Shown here in pieces: positions 12,486 to 26,090 of a DNA stretch of 64,000 nucleotides (position 1 is its first letter; each line of letters starts with the position of its first letter). Source of the DNA: Lingula anatina. Taxonomy: Eukaryota; Animalia; Brachiopoda. Location of the stretch: assembly GCA_051362555.1 (NCBI GenBank), contig CM120640.1:13020001-13084000 (forward strand), in the 5' to 3' direction. The position numbers were made by a program, and so were the translations under genes. The notes beneath the pieces are model-generated. The model saw only the letters and a list, made by a program, of their open reading frames with translations. It was not told the origin of the DNA and made no database searches.

Positions 12486-15400
12486 AACGTGGTAGCATCT
12501 TGGCATCCACCTGGTTGCGGCCATCGTGTCTTGAATTATTTCTTTATTTTTCAGATTCATTTTTGAAAAAGTCAAAAGAAAAGTGTGTAGAAAATTATAC
12601 AAAAAAGACATTTTGTACAAATGCGAGAAAACTATTTGAACCAGTACAGTTTTGTCTCGAAAAAAGGTCTAGTTATTTATTACTTAATAATACGAAACGC
12701 CATGTTTAGTATTGTTTTCCAAGAGCATTTTAACCCCGGCAAAAAGCCAGCAAAAATAGCTGAAACAAACACATTTTTCTTGTGCGAGGTATCTGTTACG
12801 TCATTTGAAATTCTTGGAAGTTAAAAATAAAAACTAACAACTTTAACTAGTAAATATATTTTGGGTTGCGCTTTTTTAAAAAGCAATTTCTATTTGCGTC
12901 ACTTGGCATGCCTGCGAAATGCAATGATTTCCAATGTGAATCAGATTTAAAACATTTGTTTTTACAGCTGATTTGTATGCCTAAGGTATATCATGCTATC
13001 ATGCTAAGCGCCGTGAACCCTAGTGAAAACGGTGCCCGGAAGCTATAGTGTAGGAATCAGTGAATGCAACACGCATAATAATATATACAACGCGTCCAAG
13101 GCTGACAGGAACATAAGATATATTGATCAAGTTAACCCGGCAATTTCATATAAAATGGATAAATCAAAAGGGTAGCGGAAAATAACAGAGGGGATCTCAT
13201 CAAATTTATATATTTTCCTAGTACGTGTGCGTAGAATATTTCTACTTAATGCGTTCACTATTTTCATACTCCCAGCTCTCTGTTCGTATACATAAATAAA
13301 CTTCTTAGATTACATTGCTAGTTTATTGCCAATTGAAACTTTGAACATACATTTGAGAACAAAAATAAGTTCAACTTTTCACCTTGCCAACTTAAACATA
13401 ACTTCAAAATGTATAATTGGGTGTTGCTATTTTTTATCTACGTCCTAAAAAACAATGTAGGGTCTTAGTCATGACTTGGACGTCATATGGGAAAGACGTA
13501 AAATATCGCTGGAAATCCTAGCATTAGGGTTGGCTTATCAAAATGTGGGATAGTATATAACTATCTAGGTTTAGAGTGCAATATCTATCCCTAGCTGTAT
13601 TCTTTGCTCCTAATTTAGTTCTCACCTGTACCCCAACCATGTATCTCGTAGATCTTCATTACCGTGATCCAATTCAGTATGACATAAGACAATTTACAGC
13701 GGATATATTTTGAGACACAGCATACCCACAACTTTTCCTTTTTTATCTTTATTTATTACAAAAACTCCAATAAGCGTCACAGCATTGAATTTGTGTGCGA
13801 AGTTTGATATTTATCAAGCATTTCCTTGCTGGCATCGTTTTGCCTAGAATAGAAGGTGGTGTTTTTAGCGTGCAACACGACTTATTTAGGGAACTTGGTA
13901 AAAATGGACTAGGTCATGTTAGAATTATCATGTGAGCATTCTACAACACTTATTAAAAAACTGCCCTAAGATACCACTAGCCCAATCCGTCAATGGATGT
14001 TGCTACACTCCACTACTACCTAGTTACAGAACTTTCAAGATTATCAGTTGGTTTTAACCTTATTTACATCAATATATACACTAATTCGTCCATGTTATCT
14101 TCTATACCCTTCCTCAATAATGATGTATGAAAAGTTTTTTTCTTCTCTTTCTAGGGAAAGGTGAATAAATAATTTTGCATTTAAAAAACAAGGAAAAACT
14201 TAGATATAATTGTGTATCGTGTCCTTGTTTACCTGCTACAGAATTATTATTCAAAAGCGATAGCGGTAAAAACGACTTGGATGAAAAACAGATTGGGTCG
14301 TCAGTAATAAAATACGATTTCTCCGTGAAAGACAACAAACCTAAATTTTTATAAAAGTGTTCCAAAATCGACTTAAATTTGATTTTTAGTTTTTCGAACG
14401 ACGGTGGGTGGGGGTAGGAGACGTAAAGAAAAGAGGGATGTAAAAAGAGAAAGGAGATAAAGACGGATAAAAGATAATTATCCCCCCCCCCCCCCCCCCC
14501 GTCTGTCCAGATATAATCCAGAAGGGGTAGTATAAAAACATAAGGCGGAAATGCCATTAAATCACCCATACATGAGCTGCCAGACACGGATTTCAAAGAC
14601 AGGTGTAAATATCAAATATCTCAGCCCTTTGAGGGGGAGTGCGAAAAATAGGTAGGACCAAAGAGCACGCGAAAAGTATAAGAAGGAAATGTACAGTAGT
14701 TTATAATTTTATCAATAGTATTATTTTTCTAGCATCCCATCCGCTGTAAACAATACTAGCCACCAAGTTATTTTAAAATGCAATTAGCACCAATACACGT
14801 TTGGCCCAAGTTAGAGGGCACAACCTTCAGGAATTAAGAATGATGGATATTATTTTCACCTCAATCTCCCCCGCAAGATGCTTATTACCCCCTTAGACCT
14901 TGCAAAATTCATTACTCGCAAAGGATTTGTTAACGGTATGGTACGGGTTAACCTGTCTTAACTCATGGCTGGAAAACACCGAGTTCACCTGCTAACGAAC
15001 AGACGGTTAGACAGGTATTAATAACAGCATGCGATGGTAGAATGTAACCTAAGGTTTATATGGGTATTGCACGAGCTATCCTGGATAGGTTAAGTAATGC
15101 GCTCTTTCTTTCCTTCAGGGGCACAACGCAGCACGTGTGGGTTTAAAGTAGCAGGACAGTTTAAATGAAAAAATCTGTCGGAGGATATCCACTAAATGAT
15201 TGAGAGAATTAGAGGTCGTGTTATTTACGTCATTCAGGCTAGTTGAATTGCAACAGTGCTAAATGTAACATCTTTATTTTTTATTCAAAAGAAGAACATC
15301 ACGTATGAAGATAGCGTGGGGATACTCCACGCGCTCAAGTTTAGAAACTTAAACCGAGGAAACGTTTGATTCAATTTGCGATAACCTGTGAGCTTCAAAC

Positions 15401-16598
15401 GCCGAGTTGCATACTAACCCATACTTCCTGTACCTAACCTTTGACAAAATGCATCATCTTTAAAGTACTGACTAGCTGATGTAGCCAAAGGGTCTGCAAC
15501 ACGTAAATACCACATCATCCTGAGCAATATACAAATGATTATCCTTATTTGGAAAAGTGGTGGGTTCTCCACTTTCTGATAATTTTTTGAGAGCAAACGT
15601 TTGGCATTTCGACAAACATATCAAGAATTTTTTTATAAAAAATACAGATCGGATATTTTTGATGGATGTTTTGTTGAAGCACACATTTAGAAAAATCCCG
15701 CTCATGGTTTTTGGTGAAAGCCTTGAAAATAAATGATCTGTCCTGTAATTTGCATCTGAATAAATGCGGACTGCGTAAATTCATCGCTTTTTAAAGTTTT
15801 CAAAAGATGTATTTTAAAAACAAAATGGGAATAACATCACATTTTCTAATTCAGGTTGAATATTCTGAAGCTACTACCCCTAATCTTTTTTTTTTTTTTT
15901 TTTTTGAAACGTGAACGAAGTTCTCCTTCAGAAAACGTTCACATCGCTTATTTTTAGAATATTCATGTTAAAAAGCACAATCACGTCACAACCAGCTCAA
16001 CATCATTTGCCAGTCTCACAGCACCGCTAGCACAATTTGTCGAATCAGACGCGCTATCCTCTACCAAGCATCTCTAACGATTTATGGCTGAAATATCTCA
16101 AATACCAGCTTCAAAGCCAAAGGTGGAAGCTTTTAGTCTGTGTTTCTCAACAAATGAATATATACAGTAGTAACACCCGCGGGATGCTCTCAAAATTTCC
16201 AACTTAGTTGATTGGAATTAATTTTTTGTTTAGACATCGTTGGTAATCTTTCAATGTCACAAAATTAGGTAGTAAAAATATATTCACAATTAATATATAC
16301 AAATAACCACAGATCTTGGGAATTAAGTCATTCAAAGTTTTTAACTAACAGAACTGTCTGTATGCTTAACACGATCACATGACCTCAGAGCCCCACAACA
16401 TGGTGTCAGCATTATTGTATCTGCTCAATTTTTATGTACCTGTTTAATTTTTCCAAGTTCTGATTCTGCTGATGATTTTTTCCAGTTAACACTTAACAAA
16501 ACAGATTTTCACTGCTCCACTGTCTTGGATAACTTTGATTAAAAGTTAAGGATGTTCAGAACTTTCATAATACTGTTTTTCATTTATTTTGTTGCATA

Positions 16599-19500
16599 TC
16601 AGAACACAGCTGTCTTGTCCAAAAATGGAAATGCTTTAAACTCTACAAGCTTGTGTTTGTTCTTGTCATAATGCAACATCTTGAAGCAAACATCACAGAA
16701 ATGGCTAGGATCCTCAGGTGCCAAAGGACTGCCATGGACGATCCACCTTAAAAAAAAAACACATCTATTATTTATAGAATCTAGTATTTATGTCCTGAAT
16801 ATTAAATCTAAAATAAGAACAAGCAGCTTCAATACAAGTCCCTGCTGGAACTGAATTTAAATTATTGCTTTTTGTGGTAAAATCTAATTGTGATTTTAAG
16901 CGAGCATTCACAACAGATGATCTGCAGACTAACTGATCTGCAGACTAAATATGGCTGAACCCATTTCAAAAGAGATGCCATTAATTCCTAATTGTCTCCC
17001 GCCTCCACATGCACCAATAAATGTATTAAATTTGGGTTTCAAGATTTAACTGCTTGGCCCCTGCTGCAACAGCACATGTGGAGGTGGGGAGACCACCAAG
17101 GAATTAGCAGTATAGCTTTTGAAGTGGGGTTGGCCATATTTAGTCAGCAGATCAGTTAGTCTGCGGATCATCTGTTCTGAATGCGCTCTAAGGCTCTATT
17201 CCCATAGATTTTAGATCGATCTATCCCCGCGGGGAGTCTCACTAGATTACTTTCAGATAATCTGACTTAAATGTCCATCCCGCCTACTACAAGCTTTAAG
17301 GGGGTAATTAACTTTCGTGTCCACCCGGCTGACAGCTATTTAGTGTGAACCCCCAGGGAGTTAAGTCGATCTAAAGTAGGTCGATCTAATCTATGGAAAT
17401 GGGGTGTAAAAGGTTTACTGGGAATTCGGCAATATTTTAATTCATTATTGTGTAGTAAATAAAATTAATTAATTTAAAATTCGACACCAATGTTGACACA
17501 CTCATTTTCCTCATAGCTATGGTGGACAATTGTGGGAATATTTTGATCCATTTAAATTGGTTTTGAATCCACCAGGCAATCAAGCTCAGAAACTGAATGT
17601 ATATACTTTAACCTTACTACAAAAGATACATTCTGCACAGCCAACTTTTGGACAACTACACATGTGATGATGTATTCCATAATACCCGGTACAAACAAAT
17701 TTCTTTTATAAAAACTCTGTACTTTATTCATTTTTATATGGAATTAAAAACAAAACATCACTCCCTTTTTTTAATATACCATACATTACCCAATGCTTTT
17801 TTCAAAGAGAACCAGTATGATTTAATTGCAAATTAATGTGTCTGCAGGAAGTACACGGACAGATACAGCTGGTCACAATGTGTAGAGTTTGTAAATATAA
17901 CAAATTTAGAAAAGAAGAAATTTGGCAAATGCTTTCTTTACCTGGCTGTCATTGTTTGACAGGCGATACACAACTGCCTTCTGGGCTTTGATTTGTGGAC
18001 TAACAAAGGATAGGCTTTAGCATCTTGTGGATCATCTGCACCATGGAGTCTAGAGGGAAATGTTAATGTTATAAACTATACAGGATGTATTAACTCAGCA
18101 AAGTAAAAATCCTTAACAACATTTGTATAAATTGTCTCTCTAATCTCTAATAACACTTTTTTCTATAACATATAACTTATGGGTAGTCATTCTGTTACTT
18201 TGCTCTAACACACCCTGGAACAGATAATGAGCACACCGAAAATAAAACACGCTGAAAAGTTCATAAATGTTTTGACAACTAATACCCAAATATCAACTAT
18301 AAATACGTCATCACTTCTTATGACATAAGAATCATTTGTAGTTCAGTCAATTTTGCAAAACACAAAGACAATTGTTTGCAAGTATATATATAAAGTAAGT
18401 AAACAGATATACAAGTAAGTAAATAGATAACAAACTAATTAATTCACTTAGGAATCAAAATGACAAAATTATTTAACAGCATCACTATGTAAGGGCCTTC
18501 TTTTCAAGTTCAAGGAGTCACTGACCTGAGATCAGAGAAGACAACAAGGTGCTCACATTCCCCCTGATGGAGGTAAACATAGGGCTGACCCAGTCGGAGT
18601 TTCAGGTCCACAAATCTGGTAGTTTCCATTTTGGCACTTGTGTAGGGTCCCAGTCCTCTTTCCTTTTCCTTGGCCCAGTCAATAATGACCCTAATCAATC
18701 AAAAATGTTAGACTTATGTTTAAAGAAAACAAATAGTTGAAAAGCACTTTCACTTACAACAGATCAATTTCAACTAAAAAAAAAAAAATAATAATATGTG
18801 AGTTTTTGAGGAACTTTTACGTCTTTAAATATCTTGACAAATGCTACAACATATTTTCTGAAAAATAATTCTCACAGTGCTTACTTGCTATAATCTCTGC
18901 AATCATCATAACGCATATCATTATAGAAAGTGCCTTCAATGAAAAAGAACCCTGATTTGAATAAGTCCTAAAAAGATAAATAACTAATGATAACATTCAT
19001 AACAACAACAACAACAACAACAACAACAATACAAGATCTGGCAACACATATCACCTAGAATGTATTTCCATGGATGTTCAATTATAATGTTCTTTTCAAG
19101 TTTCAAGAACATCATAATGTTCAAAACTGGCCAGGAAAATTACCTCTAAAGTAATATAACACACCTAAACTTTTTTTATCTGGATTTATCTAAATGTATG
19201 AAGATATATCTAGATCCAACTGGAATCAACAGATGAGGATTAGGAATGACCAAACAAACAAAAAGTTAAGCTGGAATGGGGACATAACTGTAGTACAAAA
19301 GTAATATGTGCATCTGTACTGTACATCCCAGTACAATTAGTCTGACAAAGAATTTTAAACGATGGTGAACTGTGTATTTTTCTACAGTTTTCAAGCAAAT
19401 CAATGTAAAATCATGCAGATTATTCCAGAGCTTTATTTAACCTTTGCCCTGTTGTCCTGAGGCATGTCTGGATCTTCACTGAACTCTCCAGGCACAGAGA

Positions 19501-21688
19501 AATCTGCCACACAACTGTATTTGTCACGGAGATCTGTTAGTGTATTACTACCTATGACTTGGAACTCCTGATCAAGGAAGGTCTGTGGAAGATAAAAAGA
19601 AGCATTATAGTGCTAGTTTTTCTATTGCAAAAAATACTCCAAGCACTTTTTTTACTCCTGGTGTGTTTATCACACATGAATGAATAAAGAGAGCCAAGTG
19701 GACCACAGTACATGTTAAATGTGAAATATATATTGTAATGGTGGCACAAATACTAGTAATAGCAACTACACATACCACATATTTCAAATAAACCACATTT
19801 TACAAATTTACTAACCACATTCAATTTAAAGTTTCTTTTCCCCTACTAACCTGTTTCTTCTTACTATATAATGGTCTGAATATTTTAACATTCAGTAGTA
19901 CCTCTGGTATTTTTATTGGGCATTCAATACTGCCTTCACTCTGACATGGGGGCTGTAAAACAAGAAGAAAAATATGACAGGGACTCCTTTTGAAGTGACC
20001 TATATGTTTATCGCTAATGTAGCAAATTACAATTATGCTTATATTCCTTTATTAGCATGAGAGGGAGAAGCTACATTTTGAAAGCTCCTTAACTTTGCCT
20101 TATCATTATTTGCTCATTTAAACTAAATTTCAATGTTACATAATAAATCTTTCATATTCTTCATATCCACAACATCATATACTATAATCACTATTACCGC
20201 TAATGTTTGTACATATTTATATCTCATCTTTCTGGACACTTTTGTTCTAAATATATTATCATTCTCTCTTTTTTGTACACTTTCTTCCTGGCATCTGAAA
20301 TAAAGGTATAGATGTGTTAATTCAAAGAACTAAGTGGAATTAACTAACCAGTCCAATATTATTTGAAAAGGTTTCTTATTATAGTGCCAACAAAGATGAC
20401 ATCAAAGAAAATACCAAATCCCATTGCTGCAGCCAGTTTATTGAGAGAAAAAGTGTAAAATACCATTAAAGACTACAGTCTTTCAAGTTTGTTATTGCCA
20501 ACTTTAGCATTAAATCTACCTAGATATGAGAAGACAATAAAATACACAGACATGAACACACCTCACTGTCAAAAGGTTAACTTCTGGAAAAGCTGTCAGA
20601 TTCCCTTCTTCTGGCTCTGATCCACAAAGCAATGTGTCAGTACTGCAAATAAAAAAGTCAATGTACTGTAATTTGCAGTTCACTTTGAGTCTGCAGTTGT
20701 ATGGGAAACAGAAATAAAGAGTGCAAATTCTTATGACATAGCATTAAATCATATGGGGGTTTTGTGGGATTTGTAGAAGAGTGGGATAAGAAATAATGGC
20801 ACACTAGCAAGTGGTAAACTAATAAAAACTGATAGAATTTATCCAAGGATATCTAAAAGGACTCTTCTTGGAAAACCACAGAATGAGTGTCAAGAACAAA
20901 AGCTTTGGGCTTGTAGACAAACTGATACTATTTCTTTCTGGAATCTCACAGAGAGAATTAAGGACAAGTTGATAATGAACCATCATTACAGCACCTTAAG
21001 GGACTTCAACAGAATGACATTTGATGCCAATTCTTTGCTTTCAGGATACAGCATACCTGACGCTGCATAGCTTTTTCTTCAACCAGAGGTATGCAAAGAC
21101 TGGTACATAATGTATCTAGTGGAACAGTCTGCCAAAAGGCAGAGGAGTCATTTTTGGCAGTTTGCATGTCCTCTGGCAGAAAGCTAAAACAAATGTAGCT
21201 TATCTATTTTTAATGTGAACACGTAGGTGATATCAGAATGAAGACATAGCACTAGTGCTACCAGAACACCAGAAACTCTCCGTCAGCAATTGCACTAAAT
21301 CTCAATTGTGGCAGAATTACATTCAAACGCAAATGTTAGAAGAAAAAGGAATGAAGAAAATGTACAGTGTGTGTGTGTGCATGCGGGGGAGGGGGGGGGA
21401 GGGGAGGGTCAAACTTCTCATTGTTTAGAGGCCCGGGCTAAAGAAAACAAGACTTCACCTCTCTATTTAGAACTATGGTTAGACTGAGCTAAAGACGGAC
21501 CTACAAACTGAAGCCAACTCTTCAACCATTTCCCGAGAAATAGACATATCATTGGCTATTTTTGCTTCTTGGTCATCATCTTCGTGTTTCTGCAGTTGTG
21601 AATTATCTACAAGACCCGCCCATCCTTCAAGAAACTGCCGTACGTCTAACACATCATTAGCAGTGCCTTCCCGCGTGGGCGCAGCCAT
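16599..21688 (-). CDS. SNAPC3: snRNA-activating protein complex subunit 3 (SNAP50), 9 exons, about 370 aa
   Basis: Exons 21688-21501, 20642-20562, 20294-20198, 19952-19851, 19582-19442, 18967-18885, 18690-18526, 18049-17942 and 16746-16599 sum to 1113 nt in frame. Motifs: KSGFFFIEGTFYND, LRLGQPYVYLHQGECEHLVVFSDLR, CIAC...HFCDVCFKMLHY (zf-SNAP50_C). Confidence 0.95.
16900..17188. mobile_element. MITE with long imperfect terminal inverted repeats (PIF/Harbinger, Tourist-like), in the last SNAPC3 intron
   Basis: Left arm gcgagcattcacaacagatgatctgcagactaactgatctgc matches the reverse complement of the right arm (gagcgcattcagaacagatgatccgcagactaactgatctgc) over more than 100 bp; flanked by TAA...TAA. 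Confidence 0.85.
17192..17406. mobile_element. Second MITE abutting the first
   Basis: Left ggctctattcccatagattttagatcgatcta versus reverse-complemented right caccccatttccatagattagatcgaccta; flanked by TAA (17189-91) and TAA (17407-09). Confidence 0.7.
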
Positions 21689-22460
21689 GTTTGTTGTGAG
21701 GTCAAAGTTGGAGCGGTTTATTATTAGATAAATTACGACTAGACTACGTTGTGTTCGTATTGTGATAACTGGTCCACACATTTTCTTCGTGCTGCTAGAG
21801 ATATAAGAACCTTTACAGGTATTTAAGATATAGATCTAATTGGTTGGTATGTCATATGCACTGAATGGATTTCATATCCAGTAACATAAAAAATCCTGCA
21901 AAGCACTTTAAGGCGAGTCCATCTTACAATGACCTTGGCCTAGGCAAACACGGGGAAGAGGGTTGGGATGAAAAAAAGCACATCATCTGCTCCATTTTAG
22001 CGGTATATAAGCCTCTCGATCTTTGTGTGATTTTGACGTTGTCAAGGTTCCACGGTTTTGCTGTTGAAGTCAACCAGTGCACGCAATTTTATCTTACCTA
22101 GTCCAAAGAAAGGACGGTGAGCAAGATGAGTGCAGATCGAGAGCGTTACTTTTTGACTTACTGTACCTGTACACCTGTAGATCTACAGCCCTAGATGTAC
22201 TACCCTGTATTCACGTGTTAATATTTTAGCAGCTCATACAATATTATGAATGTTGTCATTTTATGATACTTGTGTTATTTCATCACTAATTTTAATTACT
22301 TATTTACTGAGGCCAGAATTATTTGACATCTGCAAGAGCAGCTTTGTTTTAATATTGAAATGTTATGGTTGGTTTGATACCTTCAGGAGCAAGAGACATG
22401 CATTTTGAAATACGGTACTTTATTTTTAGGACAGTTGCTTAAGACTTTGGAGACATCCAG

Positions 22461-23879
22461 ATGATAGCCATTCTTCCTGTTCTGATTTCCTTTGTCCTGT
22501 CACAGTTACTGGGTGTACTATGGTAACCATGCATACAGTGTATATACATTTATATGTAGTAATTGGATTTCATACCTAGGAATCATTTTTGTCTGAAAAA
22601 TTCAAAATTGTTATATGTGGAATCACACTTCTATGGTGGAATTTAGCTCATGATATCTGTTAGGAAGTAGTGCTGGAAAAAAGCTGTTGATTATGTTAAA
22701 TCTGGGTGATTTTTTAAGGTCCATTTGACATATACACTTTACTAGTATATTTGCCCTCAAATGTTCATCCTTTGTTGAATGAATTTTTAGCAAATGAAAA
22801 GTAGTTAATTTTAGCAAAGGATAGAGTAATACCAGTATAACCACAGAATAAATGCTGCTGCAGGTGATGCACAAGAAAAATAGTTCATAAGAAATAGCAT
22901 CATGTAATGTTGAAATATTTATTCACAATAATATCTTGATGCACAAATAAACTATAGTGGTAATTTTACTTAAATTACAGGTATTCCCAGTGGCTGTTTG
23001 GCAGAGTTTGGGCAAGGCATGCATTCCCTGGCAAATCATATGAAGACATTGGCAAGAATGCATCCAGCAGGACTTATATCATAGCAGCAATAGCACATGC
23101 TGTGATTGCCATAGTGATGTGCTATATACTTGGGTAAGAGCCCTATATTAAGATGTTTGCAGTTTAGGAGCTTATAGGCCAAATTTATATTGGTCTTCAG
23201 ATGTGTTCAGAATTGGTCCAGCTTAAATTAGAAAAAGTCTTGCTCTTTGCAGTCTAGGAACCTATAGACCAAATGTATATTGGTCTTAAGATGAGTTCAG
23301 AGTTGGCTAAAGAAATAGTCTCACATCACAAGACAACTTGATAAATTCTTGCCATGAATTTAAGTTGGACATGTTCTGAACTCGCAGTATTTAATGCAAG
23401 CTAGAAAACGCTCTCCTTTTCTTGTTACCCATACCTTTTAAAGAAACAAGCAAAGATAATAGATTTTTTTTAAAATCTGCACAAGTCCAATAAGGACTGG
23501 AGTTGTCATTCAGATAGAGCAACTAATTAATCAATTTATTCAAATTTTAATGTTTAATGCAACCAAAGTTGCAAATCAAAGTATGAAAATAAAATGTTTA
23601 TCAAACATTGAACTTGAAGTTTACATGATTATTAGAAGTGTCGCTTCTTTTTTTTTAATTAGGGAGGTAATGGCCGTATCAACATTAGGTGGTGCAATGA
23701 AGATCTCTGCTCTCATTTCTACACTAATATGTGCAGTGCAAATACCACAGTATTTATTTCAAGAACTCTCTTTCACATTGTTTTTTATAAATGTGGGCTA
23801 CTGTGCAGTAACAATATTTTCCATGGGACTAATGCTTAGCATATTGAGTATTCACATTTTGCCTGACTGGCTTCTGTAG
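22461..23879 (+). CDS. DUF1761-like small multi-pass membrane protein, isoform with last exon 3a (143 aa)
   Basis: Exons 22461-22522, 22981-23133 and 23663-23879 (phases 2/2). MIAILPVLISFVLSQLLGVLWYSQWLFGRVW...PQYLFQELSFTLFFINVGY...MGLMLS resembles the DUF1761 pattern (G.lWYs..lFG..W; lfe......inagy...mg.il). Confidence 0.8.
23157..23307. repeat. Two diverged copies of an about 60-bp unit (period about 90 bp)
   Basis: ttgcagtttaggagcttataggccaaatttatattggtcttcagatgtgttcag versus ttgcagtctaggaacctatagaccaaatgtatattggtcttaagatgagttcag. Confidence 0.8.
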
Positions 23880-25296
23880 TGCTTAGTGTTTTTTTTTTTT
23901 CATATTCACGTTTTTGCAGTAGATTACTCGATGAAATAAGAATAGTAAATTTTTAAAACATTATTTATTGCTATGATACTGTAATTAAGTTTTTGCATAT
24001 CATGTTTTTTTTTTTTTTTGGTTTGTTCCATATAATAGTTTGTCTGTCCATATGTCTGTTTGTTTAAGGAATATCTCATAAGGTTGTATTAAACATTAAT
24101 GGATATGTTTTTATGTACTTCAAAATGCTCTCAAAATACTTCCAGTTGAATTTAAATGTAAATTCAGTGTTATAAGTACTGTTATTTTTCTGTTGATCAC
24201 CTTGGCCAGGAGATCTTAAGAACAAGTACTGACAATTCCAGAAATTGTCATGCATAATATTTCTAGACTTCCAGACTGTAAGGTTCAAATGTAATTGTCT
24301 AGCTGGAAATCACTCGTGTTGGGCAAACAGTTTGTTTTAAAAGGGGAATCATGTCTTTGCTTTTGGTTGTATGTTTACCTCATTTAAGAGTTAATATTTT
24401 TATCATAATTGTATATTTTGAAAAGTATGGGGTTAATTATGAAATAATTTTTGATGTTGTTAGCAAATGAGTAAACAAATCATGTTGACTTGATCTTTTC
24501 AAGTTAAAATGCTGCTGTAGCTTAGTGCATAGAATAGCTTTTACACCTAAATATTCTGTTCACCTTACAGGAGAAACTTTTGGCAGATACAGTTGACTAC
24601 TATTGTGATATGGAATTTGACCACTGTATATTTTAGATACATACTTTTCTTTGAATTCCTAATATTCCAGAGCATATTAAAGTTGTACAATGCTAGTCTA
24701 TCACAAAATCCATAATGATTTGAACATGTATGAAAAGCAGTTGTATTTTATTAAACAAACTTGATATGATTTGATTGAAAAAGAGAGATTTACACATATT
24801 TTCTTCATATTGAAGAAAGTGGTCAGAAAGGTGATAAATTTGCCCTTTTGTAAATTTTTATTGAAGGAGTGGTTGAAGACAAGGAAGTGAAATTCTAATG
24901 TCTAACTGCTCTGTGAACATATCAAGTGAATATTAAAACATATTAAGAAAATTTGTGTTGAGTCATGATCTGTTCTAATTTTAGATGCTGGGCTATGGAT
25001 AGATGCAATATCAACTCACTCAAATGAAAAGAAAGATAACATTGCAGAGTACTCGACTTTATAGCACAGTAGACCACATAACTGTTTACAGGCTAAAAAT
25101 AGTACAGCTTTAGTGGCTTAGAGAATTTTGCAAAGAATGGCTAACAGTCTAGTGCTTTTCTATTGGAACTATGTCATCCCCCGTTAGTTTCTAAACCTCG
25201 AGTTAAAAATCAAGAGTACCTCTGATGACTGAAACATAGTTAAAAATTCAATTTAATAACATTCATTTTTATGAATTCTTCTTTCTTTAATGGCAG

Positions 25297-25474
25297 CCAT
25301 ATGCAAGCCCCCTTGTTAAGCAAGTTCCTTTGCCTTGCCCTCCTGACAGCAGCACTCCCAGTCCCTCACCACATCTTCCTTGGGCATTCCCTGGAACGCT
25401 GGGCAGTTGATGCTGGGTATGATGTGGCTGTGATCACGATGGCAACATGCGTTTTTACTTTTTTTGGCATCTAG
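25297..25474 (+). CDS. Alternative duplicated last exon (3b) of the DUF1761-like gene (130-aa isoform)
   Basis: Pyrimidine tract plus ggcag| acceptor with the same phase 2 as exon 3a; HMQAPLLSKFLCLALLTAALPVPHHIFLGHSLERWAVDAGYDVAVITMATCVFTFFGI* is co-linear with exon 3a. Confidence 0.72.
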
Positions 25475-26090
25475 ATGCCCAACATTTCAAGACCATTTAT
25501 GTCAAGAAGGGTTCTTTTTTTTTTTAAATAATTTTTATAATTTTTCATACCAAAATATACTTAACTGCATGGTGTTCTTTAGCAATGCTGTATTTCAGTC
25601 TCTATAAATGTAGACAACTGATTCAACTGTTTTCTCGAACTGTAAGACCAATTTAGCTGTGCAGAGTATATCTATGTGTCACATTCCAATTGTTTGTGTT
25701 GTAATTAAATGGATTCACTAAAACATAATCTAATAAACTATGTATTCATATTTCTTAAACCACACACACACACACAAAAATACTAATCTCAATCGGTTGA
25801 TATGAGAAAGTTAAATATCATTTAATGTGTATCCAATTTATTTTAAAAAGAATAAAAGTACAGAAATATAACCACTTATATTTGTTATATAAACATACTG
25901 TCATGCTGTTTCTATTTATAATTTCTTCATTTTGACGTGATTGTTTGTTTTTTCAAGTATGGCAGTCACTGCATGGCTGACACCAAGCTTATAGACTTGA
26001 CATGACTGCCATGAAATACTATGTGCTAGAGCATGTAAATTGCAATGGAATTCATGCTTCCATTAAATGCCAGTGTAAGGCTATCCTTCC

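Noticed and set aside
14114-14596. 160-aa ORF with poly-Gly
   Set aside because: Non-ATG start; the Gly run comes from a C homopolymer; no recognisable domain.
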